In this document: one piece after another, positions 11,935 to 24,613 of the stretch
Layout of the letters: each line of letters opens with the position of its first letter
Position numbering within the stretch: the stretch's first letter is position 1
DNA from: Anthoceros angustus
Taxonomy: Eukaryota > Plantae > Anthocerotophyta
DNA: 64,000 bases
Assembly: GCA_010909165.1 (NCBI GenBank)
Contig: VJWM01000186.1
Location: forward strand, 62,001 to 126,000
Direction of reading: 5' to 3'
Notes under the pieces: model-generated
Database searches by the model: none
The model's input: the letters and a program-made list of their open reading frames with translations, nothing else
What the model was told of the DNA's origin: nothing
Program-made: the position numbers and the translations under genes

Positions 11935-14343
11935 ATGCCCCTAAGATTGTCTTTGTGCGGAGGTTTTGGTATGCTCGGCTTATGCTTTTACGCCTCCATG
12001 TAAGGCACTTCCTACTCGTCATCGTATGCACCTCGAAACTTCCGCCCTCCCGTTCGATTCCCAATTTTCTTCTTCCCCTCCTTGCGTTGGTGAGGCAAGC
12101 TTTGCCACTTCTACCGCTTCCCTCCACCTTCTGGCACCGTTGCACATACAAACCAACATGGCCATCATGAGTTACCCAACGTTAATGGGTGTACCAATCA
12201 CCATAGTGACCATTTGCCTTACCTTCCTCCGGTCCCTCCTCGTATCTTACGCCCCTTGGTGGCGTTTCCTCTTCTCCTTCTTCCGGTATCGCGGCCCGTG
12301 CCCTTGTCACTCGCCCACCGGGCCGCCTCTACTCCTCCTCCTCTTTTCCTCTTCGCCCGCCACCCTTTATCGCGGTGGCGTTGCCTCAGCGGGCTCCACT
12401 ATGTAGGTCCATGCTCTCGGCAGGTGCAAGATATGTGTCGGCACGATTAGGCACATCGTCCTCTTCACACTGCCTCTTGGATCGTCCCACAGCGTCCCCC
12501 GTCCTGTCCCCCCTTGCCTGCAGCATCGCCGGCCTTTGCCCATATCAAAGGCGCACGCATGATGCCCTCTTGAACCTCCTTCATTCTCTCTCCCCACGAC
12601 ATGCCTCATGCTAGTAGCCTTTTGGCCCGAGCATGGATCTTTGGGTGATCCACTCCCGTCCGCCACCGCTCCTCCTACTCCCCTGCGTTTTTGGGCTCCA
12701 GTGCACACAAGTGTGTTTCCTCCACAGTGACGGATCGGTTGCCCCTCCGTGGTCCACCACCCGACTCCGCCCTCCACACTCATTGTTCCTGCCATTCAAC
12801 GGCGTCGTCAATCCATCTGATCCCAACGGCCTCCACCCTCCGCAAACATGGCCGTCACCTTCCGGTCTCGGGCACTCCTCCACCTCTTCTCCAGCTGTTG
12901 CTTGCTGCCCACGTGACACAGCCCTCGTCGCCCTGCCTCCATTCACACCATTCCCAGGCATGCAGCTTCCACCAAACCTGGGCGATCGTGGTGTCGCGGG
13001 CACCAATTTAAATCCTCTTGTCATCGTTTCCCCTCTGCTGCCTCCTCCTTGCGCCCTCATGACCCGTGGCCCGTCTCCACTTCACCTCTTGTTTCGCCGT
13101 CGCCTTTCCCCCTTCCAATACGTTGTGCCCGCCTCCTCCTCCTCCTCCTCCCAAGCCCCTTAGCCATCGCATTCCTTCCTAGCCTCTCCCGTCCACGCCG
13201 CCACCACGTACTGCTGCCTCCACCCCTTCCTTCCGTCGCCTCGGAAGGCCACCATATCGGATCCATCTCCAATTCAATGTCATTAAGCAAAATGGTCATT
13301 TCCTTGTTCTCCTTGCAATGGCACAATCTACGGTGTCTTGTCATACACTCCACCTTACCCCATTGTAGGAACTCGCACAGAACCCCACTATCGGACCGCC
13401 CACAGGCTGCATGGAAATCGTCCTCTTCAACCTCCCATACTCTGCCTCTTCTTCCGTTGGAAACCGCCCATCTTGATTCTCAAACCTCACCACCCGCCAC
13501 GCCTCCCTTTCCCCATGGGTTTGGACCCATCCCCGTTTTTGGCTAGCCTCTCTTTTCTGCGATTTCGTGTGATGGCTCAAACTTCCGTTCCTCTTCAACT
13601 CCATCCGAGCCCATGCAAGTGCATCTTCCCACTCTTTCATCCACCATGCTCGGTTTCTTCCCATGTCCTCCCCCTCTACCATTTCCTCTAGCGCGCCAGC
13701 TTCCACATCGAGTGCGTGTCCGCGTCATCTGCGAAGTGTCGGCTTATCTTGGACTTGACCACGGTGCAGGAATGCTTGGACAGTTTCACTAACGTGCTTT
13801 CTCTTCTTTGAACGTCCGCCATCTTGCGGTGCAGTTCATTCACAACCTTCGTCCTCACGGTACCAGATTACGTGCCTTGCTCGCCCGCCCGAACATGAGT
13901 CCCTCCCCACACTTCATGTGGTTTGCATGGCCTCCTTGACCATTTCACCCCATGCTTGTTTATCAAGGCTTTAACGATGCATCGTTGTCCACCGCACTCA
14001 CCGCGCCGATCAGACCTGCTGTCATCACCATGGTTAGAACACCACCCCTTGCGAAATTGATTGCGCCATTCGAGATCAAGTGCTTGTTATCCGCTACCTC
14101 TGCCCGGCCTTCCAGATTCCACTTTCCCTTCTTGCAATCGTGCCACCCGCCTCGAAAGGTTGCCTCCCTTGTCCCCATGCTTAAACACGCCCGGCATGCG
14201 GTGCTCTGTGTTACCCGTTTGTCCACCATGCCCATCCGGCACCAAACTTGAGCGTGTGCACACTTTGCAGCGTCACGCGTGCACTTTGCAGCGTCACTTG
14301 CGGCAAAGTGTGCGCGATCACTTTCATCACATCGATCCGACAA
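11935..14343 (-). pseudogene. TnpA-like gene 1 (Transposase_24/Ptta-like), downstream of TnpD in the canonical orientation; copy B at ~33530-35800
   Basis: Stitched minus-strand frames give ...KPSMVD..EWEDALAWARMELKRNGSLSH..KEKRLAKTGWVQTHG..., resembling the P..v...W..l..W..........R.....H.G pattern of PF03004. Heavily frameshifted; family call by eye only. Confidence 0.5.
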
Positions 14344-14659
14344 CCAACCTCATCCGTAAATAGCTCCTCCTCTATGCCGTTCTTCACGCAATGCTCCAAC
14401 TCCGCATCCGTCGGGTGGGAGGTTCCAGATCGGCGTCGTCAAAATCAACTCCCTCGTGACCATCTAGCCCCTCGCCTCTTACCACTGTCTTGATGAGGCC
14501 GCTTCTTGGTCGCCGATGTCGAATGAAGACGCGGTGGGTGCGGGGATGAGCGACCGAGGCGGTTGCCCCATCCTCCCCACCCGGTACGGTCCATCGTCGT
14601 CGGCGTGCCGCCGCACGTGTTCCGGCGCCTTGACTCGCAAGCCTCGCCTCATACCACCT

Positions 14660-17600
14660 TGTGAACCGGTTGTCCACCGCCTTCGTTCCATCTTTGAAGG
14701 CAATGGCTTCCTCTCGGGTGAGCGCGGCCATGAGTCCGCATTCAAAGACCATTTTGAAAAAGCTTGTTTTGCAAAGGCCGGTGGTCATTCTATCGGGGAC
14801 CGGACGCCTGTGCACTTACTTGCCCATAATCACATTTTCGACCACAACCTCGACGTTGAGCAATTTTCATGTCCCATTGGTTACGTTGCGTTACTCGTGA
14901 TGTATGATATTGCCCAAATGGCGCGCTCTCAATGCCCCCATTACTCCATTTTAGTAATCATCGACTTCCTCGACCATTCCCACACGTCACTTGGGTATTG
15001 GCACATTCCGCCATTGGATCATGCTTGTTTGTTTGGAAATACTTTAATGCCCACTTTGGTTTTGCCCCATCCGTTCAGCTACTCAAACGACATGCCACAA
15101 TCTATGTGCCGCATGGGTTCCTCCTCTCTCCATCCCTCGCCAGTAGGCACGGCCAAGGCCCCCTGTTTCCATCCGTCTCCGGATGCATCATGCAGAGTTA
15201 CTGCGATGGCCACACAAATGGACCATCGATGGAGTGCACCCTGCCACGGAAACCTTCGGTATTCACAAGGTCAAACCCGGTGTACGACTTAGCGATGGCC
15301 TTGTCCCTCGGCCGACGTACCTTCAACAGCTGGATTATACTCCTCCGAAGCGCATCCATGATGTTGCTCTATGTGGCCGTAGAAGACGCGCTCCTCTTGA
15401 GCTCCCCGGCAGCCCTGTCCCACCCATGATAAACTTTGCGCTGCGCACTATCTTTTGTGCTCGCCGCTTTATGCGCCTCCGCTGATACGGTGGCTGCCTT
15501 TGTTCCACATGTGACTATGTGCCGTGCTTGAGGCCATCCATTATAGCCCTCACTTGGGTCATAGCAGATGCCCCTCCCAAGCTCACCGCCCTTCTTACAT
15601 GCACCCACCTCTTGAAACTTGCGTTCCTCATGTGCACCATCCTCACCTCTTTGTACATGTCCAAAAGCGGCTGCATCACCTTCGTGTGATGACATAAGTA
15701 TGGGCTGGCGCACCTCAACGGCATCCATTGTGTTATGCAGACGGCCGACACCCAACTTTTCTCCACACGGTCCTCGGGACTCCATGATCCACCGTGACCA
15801 TAGTAACGCCGGAGGAATGACATGCAATGCATACTCTCCTCTCTCATATACCCCAGCTATCTGGACTCTGGTTTGTATTTGGCGCCTTGTCTCGGATCCT
15901 AAGTATCTCTCCACCGGGTACATCCACAGTGTGCACTGGGCCCAATGCACCACCTCGTCCACTAAATGTATTATGAGGTGGGTTGATATATCAAAGACCT
16001 TTGGAGGAATTGCTTTTCCAGAGACATCACCCTTGACCTCTTCTCGTTGTGCTTGAATTTCATGGCCCGGTATTGTCCGCTGGCAAATCCATCTGTACAG
16101 CCGACCCAATTTCACAACCGCCTTGTACACCTCTGGGTCTATGCACCCCCGAAGGACGATGGGGAAGATGATTTCCAGCATGATGTGCCAGTCATGGCAC
16201 TTCAAGCCCACTTTGCCCCCCTCTAATTTCGCTCCTATGTTAGACCCATAGCCTGTGGGCAGCTTTATGCGTTTAATTCTCTCTATGACTTGACGGAGGT
16301 CGTCTTTCGCCAAAACGTAAGACGCCTCGGGGCAATGGCAGTCCTCTCCTACCGGCCACAACCACCTTTTCCCTCCATTGGCTTCCATGTCCATCCTTGA
16401 TGCTAGGTCGTCTCGCTCTCCCGTCAAAGTGTGCCATATGGCCTCTGCATTGTTCTTTTCCACGTGCATGACATCCTTTGGCGCCATCACAAGAAGGTGA
16501 CGCCAATATGGGAGCACCCTAAACAGAGAAGACATCCGCCGCGTTCCAAAATTTCCTCATTGCGGATCTCGGCGGGTGGCGCACCTTCTGCGTACCATAT
16601 CATCACCACATCATCAAGCGTTGGTGGCACGGGTGGGGGAGTTCCGTCCATCGTACATCCATGTCTTCCACCGTCGCTATCGCCGGGCAACCACCTCTGC
16701 CAACATAAACCCTTTAATTGATGAGAATAGCGGGAATCCGGGTCCAGCCAGAATCCACACACGCGGGTCCCTTTCACTTGCAATCCGGTGGTGCCCAACC
16801 ACAGGTAGTCGGCAATGACGTTCAACCTGTCGCACCTAAAATGCCTCCTAGGATCGTTCACGGTATTGAAAAGTCTTCCATGTCCACCTCTCCACAACTC
16901 TTCCAGTTCTTCTACCGGGCGCCATATAAACATCAAAATTTTTACCATGCCGGTCTGGTACAATGAGAGGCATGATGACATGGGCGTCCTTTGCAAGCCG
17001 GAGGCATGTTGTGACGAATAGCATAACGGCCATATGGACGTGTTGACTGTGACCAAAGGGGTTGAAACGTGCATGCAATGCCAACCTCAAGTTGCGAGGT
17101 TCATCCCGAACCCTTCAAGCGCATCAAATACTCTCCATGTTGGGGTGTCGCCATCATGGACATGTCCCCATTCTCGCTTTGCCTCCCGGCGTACCAAGTC
17201 ATCATCATGCTATTTGCATTCGAACATGCGTTTCAATCGCGTCTTAAGAGGAAATGCGGACCTTGCGAGGAAACATCTCGCTCATCAAACCCTTGTCCTT
17301 GCGGCGTGCCACATGCGAGGGCAATGGGCCAGCGTACTCACCCCCGAATAGAATACAATCTTTTCACAAGCATGGATTTTCACGTATCTTGGCCCAAACA
17401 TGCAACAACGACTTTGCCTCGTACATGTCCTTCGGCTTGTTCGGGCGGCAAAATATCCACACTTAAGAGCTTTAAAAGTGATGGCGTCAACGATGTCATC
17501 GTTTGCCACAACACAATGTTGCGCTTAGCCTTTCTTTCGATTGGACTTCCTCTTCAATGTGGTATAACGTTTTAGCGCTCGACAAGCGTGCCCGGACTCC

Positions 17601-18560
17601 ATCCGCCGCGCAACATCCGTGGCTTCCCAACCTTCATGTGCGCCGGGCATATCATCACCTCCGAACCCTCATCCATACTTTCGTCGTCGGAACTACTAGT
17701 GGTCGGTAGGATGGCGCTCGTTCCTATCGAGACCCATCTGTATCCGAATCCGTGCGGGGTGCGGAGCGCCTTCAAGACGCCGCGCTCTTCTATGCCTCGT
17801 GTCGCCGACCGCAAAAACCACCTTAAAGCTAGAATTGGAGTGCATTTGCTGGCCATTGATGCGAGAGAACTCACGGCCACCGCGGGTGCCTGGAGCAGCT
17901 GGCGCAGACAGTGAATTCTTGAAATGTGTGCCGGAATACGAGCCTGCGAGCTCGCGACACTGGCGGCAGGGACAATACATGTACACCGCATCTGCATTTC
18001 GTGGCATCCTCCCCAGGGTCGTGATCTGGTAGGCACGGCAACCACAGCACAGCAAAGGTGGTACATCCGTTATCCGAACGCCCCCGTCCCCACAGTGTGC
18101 AATCATGACTTCATGACCCATAAACACAGACGACACGTAGGACCTGGAACGTGCTTGCAGAAACCATGGACGGAAGCACAAACGCGTCACCTGCTTATGG
18201 AGATCCCGCCGTCCGTGATGACCCAGCTCGGCAGGTAAGTCGACCGACGATCGGGGGCAAAGCAGCTACGCCGAGACGATGCACGCATCAGACAGCAGCA
18301 TCTGGGGCTGTGACAAGAACCTCGCGCCTCTGGACATGAGCAACAGAATTTGCGCGAGGAGCCACCACTCTTCCAATCCCAACTCGGGGCGACGAGCACG
18401 GTTGGCGAGCACGCCCGGATGCACGCAATGTTCGCGATGCGCTAGCGGTGGAAGCTTGGCGTTATGTCAGCGTGGTAGCCGACTCTTCCGACGGGGAGAT
18501 TGGGCGTGTGTAGGGGTGACGCAATGGAAAGGGAGGATGTCGTGGCTGGCTAGCTTGGTG
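14660..18560 (-). pseudogene. TnpD-like CACTA transposase (Transposase_21 + DUF4218 + DUF4216 architecture); copy B at ~36050-39930
   Basis: Motifs in shifting frames: VKIHACEK, RLALHARFNPFG, VEELEELWRGG, FRVLPYWRHLLV..DVMHVEKNNAEAIWHTL, LKCHDWHIMLEIIFPIVLRG, HLIIHLVDEV, WMYPVERYLG, FKDGTKAVDN. Confidence 0.9.
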
Positions 18561-19249
18561 GTCGGCACCAGCGGTCGAGATGGTTGACACGCGTATCGAT
18601 CATTGCATTTGGGGATGCGTGTTTTGATTTAAAGTTGATTACACACAATCCAAAGTTCGACAACGGCCTTGATCGTCCTAAGCTTGCAAGCATGCGAACA
18701 AAGCGTTCGGAGGCGCCTTCCCCTTGGTGTAAACAACCTCCTTCATGTCCACTTCGTCTGACAAGGAATAGTGTTGAGCTCATTGTCTCAAAGTCTCAGC
18801 TCCCATGTTGCGCCATTCCTGAAAGGGCACGAACCCGGTGCCAGAGTCGTTCCATCTGTCTCGTCCAACGATCCCAATTCCATTCGTGAAGTGTGTAGCT
18901 TGACCCACGTGGCGCGCTTGGTGAAGCCCCCATCGGCGGTTTGTTCTATCCAAAGCAGGCTCAATTTCTGCAGAACCTCCTCCTTGGATCGTGGCCTCTG
19001 CAGAAATTGTAGCTCCGAATTCGCCTCTTCTTCCCATGGAGGAAATGTGGCTTGGGCACTCCGTCGGCGCCGGATGATCGCCGCCACGGCGATTGCTCCT
19101 CCACTTTCCTCTTGCCTTCGCATCACCCGGGCGGATCGGTCCCTACGGGGAGGTGGCGTGTACATCTACCCTTCTCTCTCAATCTCCCTCCTTCAACTTC
19201 CGAGGCTTGCGGCCAATCCTTGCCAATTCTCTCCATCGAGGTATGCAAT

Positions 19250-20714
19250 GGACGGAATCTAGAGAATGCCTTGTGCATCTAGGAGGAGAAGGACAAGAGC
19301 TATAGCACCAATCACCATACTTTGTTTATTACGCGTGACTCGGAAGGGGCGCAAGCGGTGACTTGTCATGTCGGTCAGCGGTATGAGCGGGCACCAAACC
19401 ATACCCATCCATTCCGCCAGCGCAGGGCAGTCATCGAGTTTTATTGGGTGACGGATGAGAAGTACACGTAGTGATCAAAGAAGAAGGACTTTCCCATCCC
19501 CGTTTAATTACGGTAATCATATACCCCATTGTGAGGTATAAACCGTCCCTAGTCACCGACGCGCCGTGATCCGAGGCAGCAGAGCCAAGGGCGGCGGCAC
19601 TCCATACCAGTCCTTGATGGCCGACAAGAGAGCAACCTCCGTCCATCATCCTTGATGGCCATCGTCATTGACGAGGCTGCAGCCCTCGATGGGCATCGTC
19701 GGTTTCAGCAGCAACAACGATGTGCAAACACTTCGCAATGATCCACAAAGCAGACGGTGAGGGAGCGGAATGTTGCGGGTTCGTCAAATGCGGATTCCAC
19801 AACACTTCGCAGCATGAACTTGCGGGTTGGAGAAAAGGGCCAAACAAAAGTGTTCACATGCGGCGCCTCCCGAGCACCCAATCCATACCGTGCGGTCACG
19901 AACACCATGCCCGCACGGTAGAAGGGACCACCTCGCTAGAGAAGGAACCACCCACCGACGGCAAGGCGTGAGGGATAGCAAGAGGACTCCACGCCGTGAA
20001 GGGCGGACACGCGCCAACATTCCCATATGATCCTTGATGGCCGCCACGGTATTTCCGGTTGGGCGGTGCGATGGAGACATGCACACGCCTCGTCTTGCGA
20101 GCTACCGGTGGATACCCACGGTGGTTTTCGGAGCTCGTTGCGGCATGCACATGTCCGTCATAGACGGCACAAGGTAGAGCGGCGCGGAGGCGTGTTTCAC
20201 GGAAGACAAGCTCGCCTCGGATGCGAAGATGACCAAAACAAAGGTAGTAGCGTGAAGCGAGGGCAAGGTGGTGACATTTAAAGCGGAACACGGCGACCTT
20301 AGGCAGCCTCTTGTCCTCCGTGCCACATCGGGTTGCGGATGAGAGGATCTTGAATTTCAGCCGTTCCTTACATGTGAGAAAGGAGACATGGCGGTGGCAT
20401 GGCGGCGTCATCGAGCTGACGGTTGGCGGTAAATTCATGGAGGCGGTGGCGCGCGGGGGCAAGCAGCCGAACACGTAGATGTCATGTCTCCCAAGGTCCG
20501 GATATCCTGCGGATGCGGCGCAGTGACGTCGAGGTCACATTGGCGTCTGCCAAGGTGTGAATACATGACGTTACGCCATGTGGCGCGTTTGATTGGTGGT
20601 GGCAGGAGTCTCGAGCGATGCACATCATTATATGGGAGAACGAATTGGCATATATATGGCAAATTCACATACGGCCGGTCCTTCATTCATGGCATAATGA
20701 ATGGGGGCATTTAG
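19250..20714 (+). other. Unidentified cargo coding-like region inside the CACTA element, opposite strand to TnpD; homologs at ~29490-30920 and ~40640-42109
   Basis: Comparing the three copies gives a largely continuous protein-like reading (MCKHFAMIHK...DTHGGF..LVAAYLHMSVIDG...HVRKETWRWHGGVIELTVGGKFMEAVARG..KVDVMSPKVRI...LYGRTNWHIYGKFTYGRSFIHGIMNGGI*). No family recognised. Confidence 0.35.
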
Positions 20715-20820
20715 TTTGCTTGAATGGCTCTCACGTGCCACCTACCGTCCTTGCACAATGGTGTAGAAGAAGCGGATCAATAGAGAAGGCAGGCGCGTCC
20801 GTCAATGCACACGACATGGC

Positions 20821-21003
20821 ATGTTTTCTACCATGCCCTTTTCAAATATTAAAATGGCTTCACCACACCTTTCTTGGACAACGGTGGAAGACAAGTTTAT
20901 GCGAGAGATAGGAGCCATTGTCTTTGGTTCATGGCGGGTTGTCGACATTGTCATGGCCTTCAACATAGGACCATACATGGCATGCATGGAGGAATGGCAT
21001 TGA
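20821..21003 (+). CDS. Short ORF with a Myb/SANT-like tryptophan pattern inside the CACTA cargo region
   Basis: ORF reads SWTTVEDKFMREIGAIVFGSWRVVDIVMAFNIGPYMACMEEWH: W-x18-W-x20-W with WT..ED and C...WH, resembling a Myb repeat. Exon context unknown; the frame varies between copies. Confidence 0.3.
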   Translation: MFSTMPFSNIKMASPHLSWTTVEDKFMREIGAIVFGSWRVVDIVMAFNIGPYMACMEEWH

Positions 21004-21324
21004 CACAAGGGCATACAAGTATGCGGTGAAGGCGCCATGGCAAGCCAAGGTTGCGGTGGCATGGCACGAAGTCTCCCTCCTCTCTCCTCTTTCCTCCCTC
21101 CCCACCGCGCCGCACCACCACTCCCCACACCATGGCACCGTCATACCGTCCACGGGCTCCACGGAATGTGGTCGCGGACATCGCGTCGCATCGGTGGATC
21201 GGTAGGCAATGTGGTATGCGGCAAAGCAAAGCATAAAATAGCAAATTAACACATGCATGGTCCGTGGAGCATGGCGGGTTCTAAGCTGGTCTTGCCCTTG
21301 AAATGGCATGCCACATCGTGGCAG

Positions 21325-21890
21325 AAATGGCATTACACTTGTCCTTGGGTCGCCAATGATTAAATGCAAAATTGTCTTATTGGAGGAAGGACTGTCACAA
21401 ATCATTTGTCCTTGTGTCACGAATGGTAATCCACAAAGGGCAAATTTGTCCTTGGCTCTCCAAATGGTCATCCAATGGCCAAAATTGACATGAGGCAAAG
21501 ACATGGTCATGACGAATGAACATTTGTCCTTGGGTCACGAAATGATCATGCATGATGGGAATGTATTGTCCTTGGACCACGCAACGGTAATGAACAATGG
21601 CAAATTATTGTCCGTCGATCAGAAAATGATCTTCCATAATGGGAAACATTTGTCCTTGGCTTTCGAAATGGTCATCCAGAATGGCCAAAAATTGACCTGA
21701 GGCCAAGGCATGGTCATGACGAATGAGGAACATTTGTCCTTGGGTCACGAAATGACCATACATAACGGGAATGTTTTGTCCTTGGACCACGAAATGCGCA
21801 TGAGCAAAGGGAAATTATTTTCCTTCGATGCGGATATGGTAATCCATAATGGGCTAAATTTGTCCTTGGCTTACGAAAATCGTATCAAAA
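21325..21890. repeat. Internal 42-bp-period array (core TTGTCCTTGG...GAAATG.TCAT.CAT), about 14 units with a 5-unit (210 bp) higher-order duplication; copies at ~31575-32085 and ~42715-43215
   Basis: Cores at 21566, 21608, 21650, 21692, 21734, 21776, 21818 and 21860 are spaced exactly 42 bp apart. Units five apart (e.g. 21524/21734, 21566/21776) are the most alike. Confidence 0.92.
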
Positions 21891-22719
21891 CGGGATGCCT
21901 ATATATGCCAACATGCATGGATGCCATATGTGCCAGAATGGTGTGGTGGACAATCGCCGGTTCGGTGTTTTAGGCATGTGAATGCCACATGTACACATAT
22001 AGGTGGTGGCGCAAACTCGAGTTTGTGCCCGTGAAATCGGCATGCATGGCATGAGCGGTGGCATGCCCTAGGACTTCGCCTGCCTCCCCCCCTTCTCCTC
22101 TTGCCCCTCTTCCCCATCACCAGGGTTACCTCACCGCCCTTGTCGGCCATCGTCGAGTTCTGTTCACTTTGTCGCTATCAGTTGTGCATGTGGTGACTCG
22201 GTTGGCCTTCCTCGACCATGGTTTGGGACGTTGACTTTGAGGATTTGGCTGCCGCTTAAGCACGAACAACGCCGCCAATCCGGGCCGGATGTCGGTGCCC
22301 CGCGTCGCCCGGAAGGAGGAGCTTGGGGGCCCATCGACGTTTGCGCCCGCGAGAGGGAGAGTCGAAGCCGGAAAATGGTCCAAAGAAGGGGACTTGGCGC
22401 GGGCGGAGCCCAATGGATGGAACACGGATGGTGGAAGCGGCAAGTGAGGTGGGCGCGGTCGTGGAGAAAGGATTCCACCAAGTGAGAGGGTGGATGCCCA
22501 TGGCGTGGAGCGGGAAGCGAGAGGTGGAGGTGCCGAGGAGAACCATACTGAGTGGAGTCTGCAAGAGGCGATGCTGGCGGCCGGAAGTGGAGTGGGTGTC
22601 TCCAAGGTGGGGAGCTAACGCTCTGCTTCTGCAGGAGAGATTCCAAAGTCGGAGGAGGGATGCAGGCGCGACATCCGGAGGAACGAGGACATTGGCCTTA
22701 GTCTGAGCTTGAGGGCATG

Positions 22720-24613
22720 TCCAACTTGAGGAGCATGGTGGTGGTGCACAAGAGGGTGACCACTGGGCTGCCGAGAGAGAGATGGCATACGTTTTGTGGA
22801 CCTTCGCTCGGTGGACGGACAACCCCAACAACGTGGCGGAGGGAGCCTTTGGAGGGGAGGCCCAGTGGGCCGCTGGTGGGCGTTGCGGAGGAGGGCCAAG
22901 GAGCGCATGCCTATGATGGTGAGGAGGGCGAGGAGGAGGACACCAGCGCGAGGATGGGGAGCGAGGCGAGGAGGAAGATGTGGAGATGGCGGATCGAGGT
23001 CGAGGAAGACATGCCGACTACATTGCCACATGAAATTGGAGAATTGGAGCACGGCGGTAAGCCATTAGACGATGTCATAGCCGTGTTGTGCGAGCTACAT
23101 GGGCGTGGTGGCGTGTACATGGCGTGAGCCGTTATGCGATGGAGGGTGGATAGAGAATGAGGAGGAGGATGAAGAGTCGTCCATGAGGAAGGACGAGTGA
23201 GGAAGGCCTTCCACCAGTGTGTTGGAGCTAGTGTGTGCAAAATGGAGTGATGTGCCATGGTCGAGCCACGACGAAAGTTTAAAGACCGGTGAGGAAGGTA
23301 GAGTATGAGTTTGCAAGTATAGAGCGAGGATATTGTGGCCAGTTTGCGGTGCATCGGACAAGGAACCACAATGTGGGCAAGAAGGTGCGCAAGTGCAATT
23401 ACGTGGAGGGAGAAGGAAGGATGCAAAATGGTTGCATCCGCCTAATGTGAGCACGAAGGCATGGAGAAGGTGGAGCAAGCCGTGGTGACGCAGCATGGGG
23501 TGTGTGGCCAACACCACGCAGCCGCCGCAAGAACGGCGAGCATGGGACGAATCCCTTTGGTCCGGAGCAAAGGAGTTCGAGAAACGGTATGTCCAACCGG
23601 GAGGGAGCGCAACCTGGATGAGTTGAAGTGGGCAGCAAGGCATGGATTGGACTGACATCTTAGAATCGAGTGGTAAAATAGTCGTTGTGATTAATGGAAT
23701 GCTTGGTTGTGATATGTAGGTTTCGCTATAGGGGCGTGGTCAGTGATGCGTGTGCATGATGCGGAAGAAGGAAGGAAAAGGTGGAAGGTGAAGGCCAGTC
23801 GTGAAGGAAGGCACGACCCGGTGGAGAGAAGGAAGATGGAGGAAGGTGCCAAGCAGGAGCGTCACCGTCAAGTGATGCCGAGGCAACGTGGATGGTGGGG
23901 ATCCGGAGGTGTGATGGCGATTGCCGACAAGGCGTATCACACGATCCGTGTCAAAAGCGTGAGTAGGGTGGCAACCCGGATCGAGAGATTGAATGCTATT
24001 CGCTTGCCGTCGTAATTGTGGAAGTGGTGATTTGGCAGCCTATGGGGCCGAGTGAAGGGCTAGCCATTGAGGCTAGTGGGTCGAATGCCGCCCACGTAAG
24101 GTGGACCACACCAGACGAAACGAGGAGGTCGAGAAGAGGGTCAAGCAAAGAGACAACGGTGTTGAAGCCAAGAGGAGTCGGACGGTGGCGAAGGGGTGTA
24201 GGCGCAAGTGACATAGGAATGGTTGGTACCATCTATGGGTAGGTTTGTGGAGGGGAATGTAAATGGTCGAGATGTTTTCCTGCGGACGATGGAGTCGCCC
24301 GGTGCATGGGTGGACCGGTGATGGTCAATTAGCAACAAACAAGAGGAATTGGTCTGCCCACCTTTGTAGCCTAGCATTGACATGGGTCCTTTGTGAAAGT
24401 GGTTATAGAGGTCATTTGGATAGGTGTAGGAAGATGTGGAGGAACCCGAAACCATTGGTGTTGGTCCAAGAGTCACCAAGTGACGCGTCGCCCTTCGAGG
24501 CACATGTTGGTGGTGCACGAGACGCATATGCCCATATCACGTGGAGTTCGTATTGCATCGGTGGAAACAAAGGCGCAAGGGATAGAGGACGATTGAAGTG
24601 TCCAAAAATTTGA
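22720..24613 (+). pseudogene. Second TnpA-like gene (Transposase_24-like), divergent from TnpD; cleaner copy at 44311-45967
   Basis: Copy B ORF 44311-45015 plus the next frame: ...LRERLVRKVEYEF...KVRQAAILWREKGKDAKWLHPPNVSTKAW.....NPFGPRGAKEFEKRYVQR.EGRNLDELKW. C-terminal ...GARDAYAHITWSSYCI. Pattern resembles PF03004; by eye only. Confidence 0.45.

Noticed and set aside
21325-21890. CRISPR-like array (regular spacing)
   Set aside because: The whole 42-bp unit is degenerately repeated, with no unique spacers. There are no cas genes and the context is eukaryotic.
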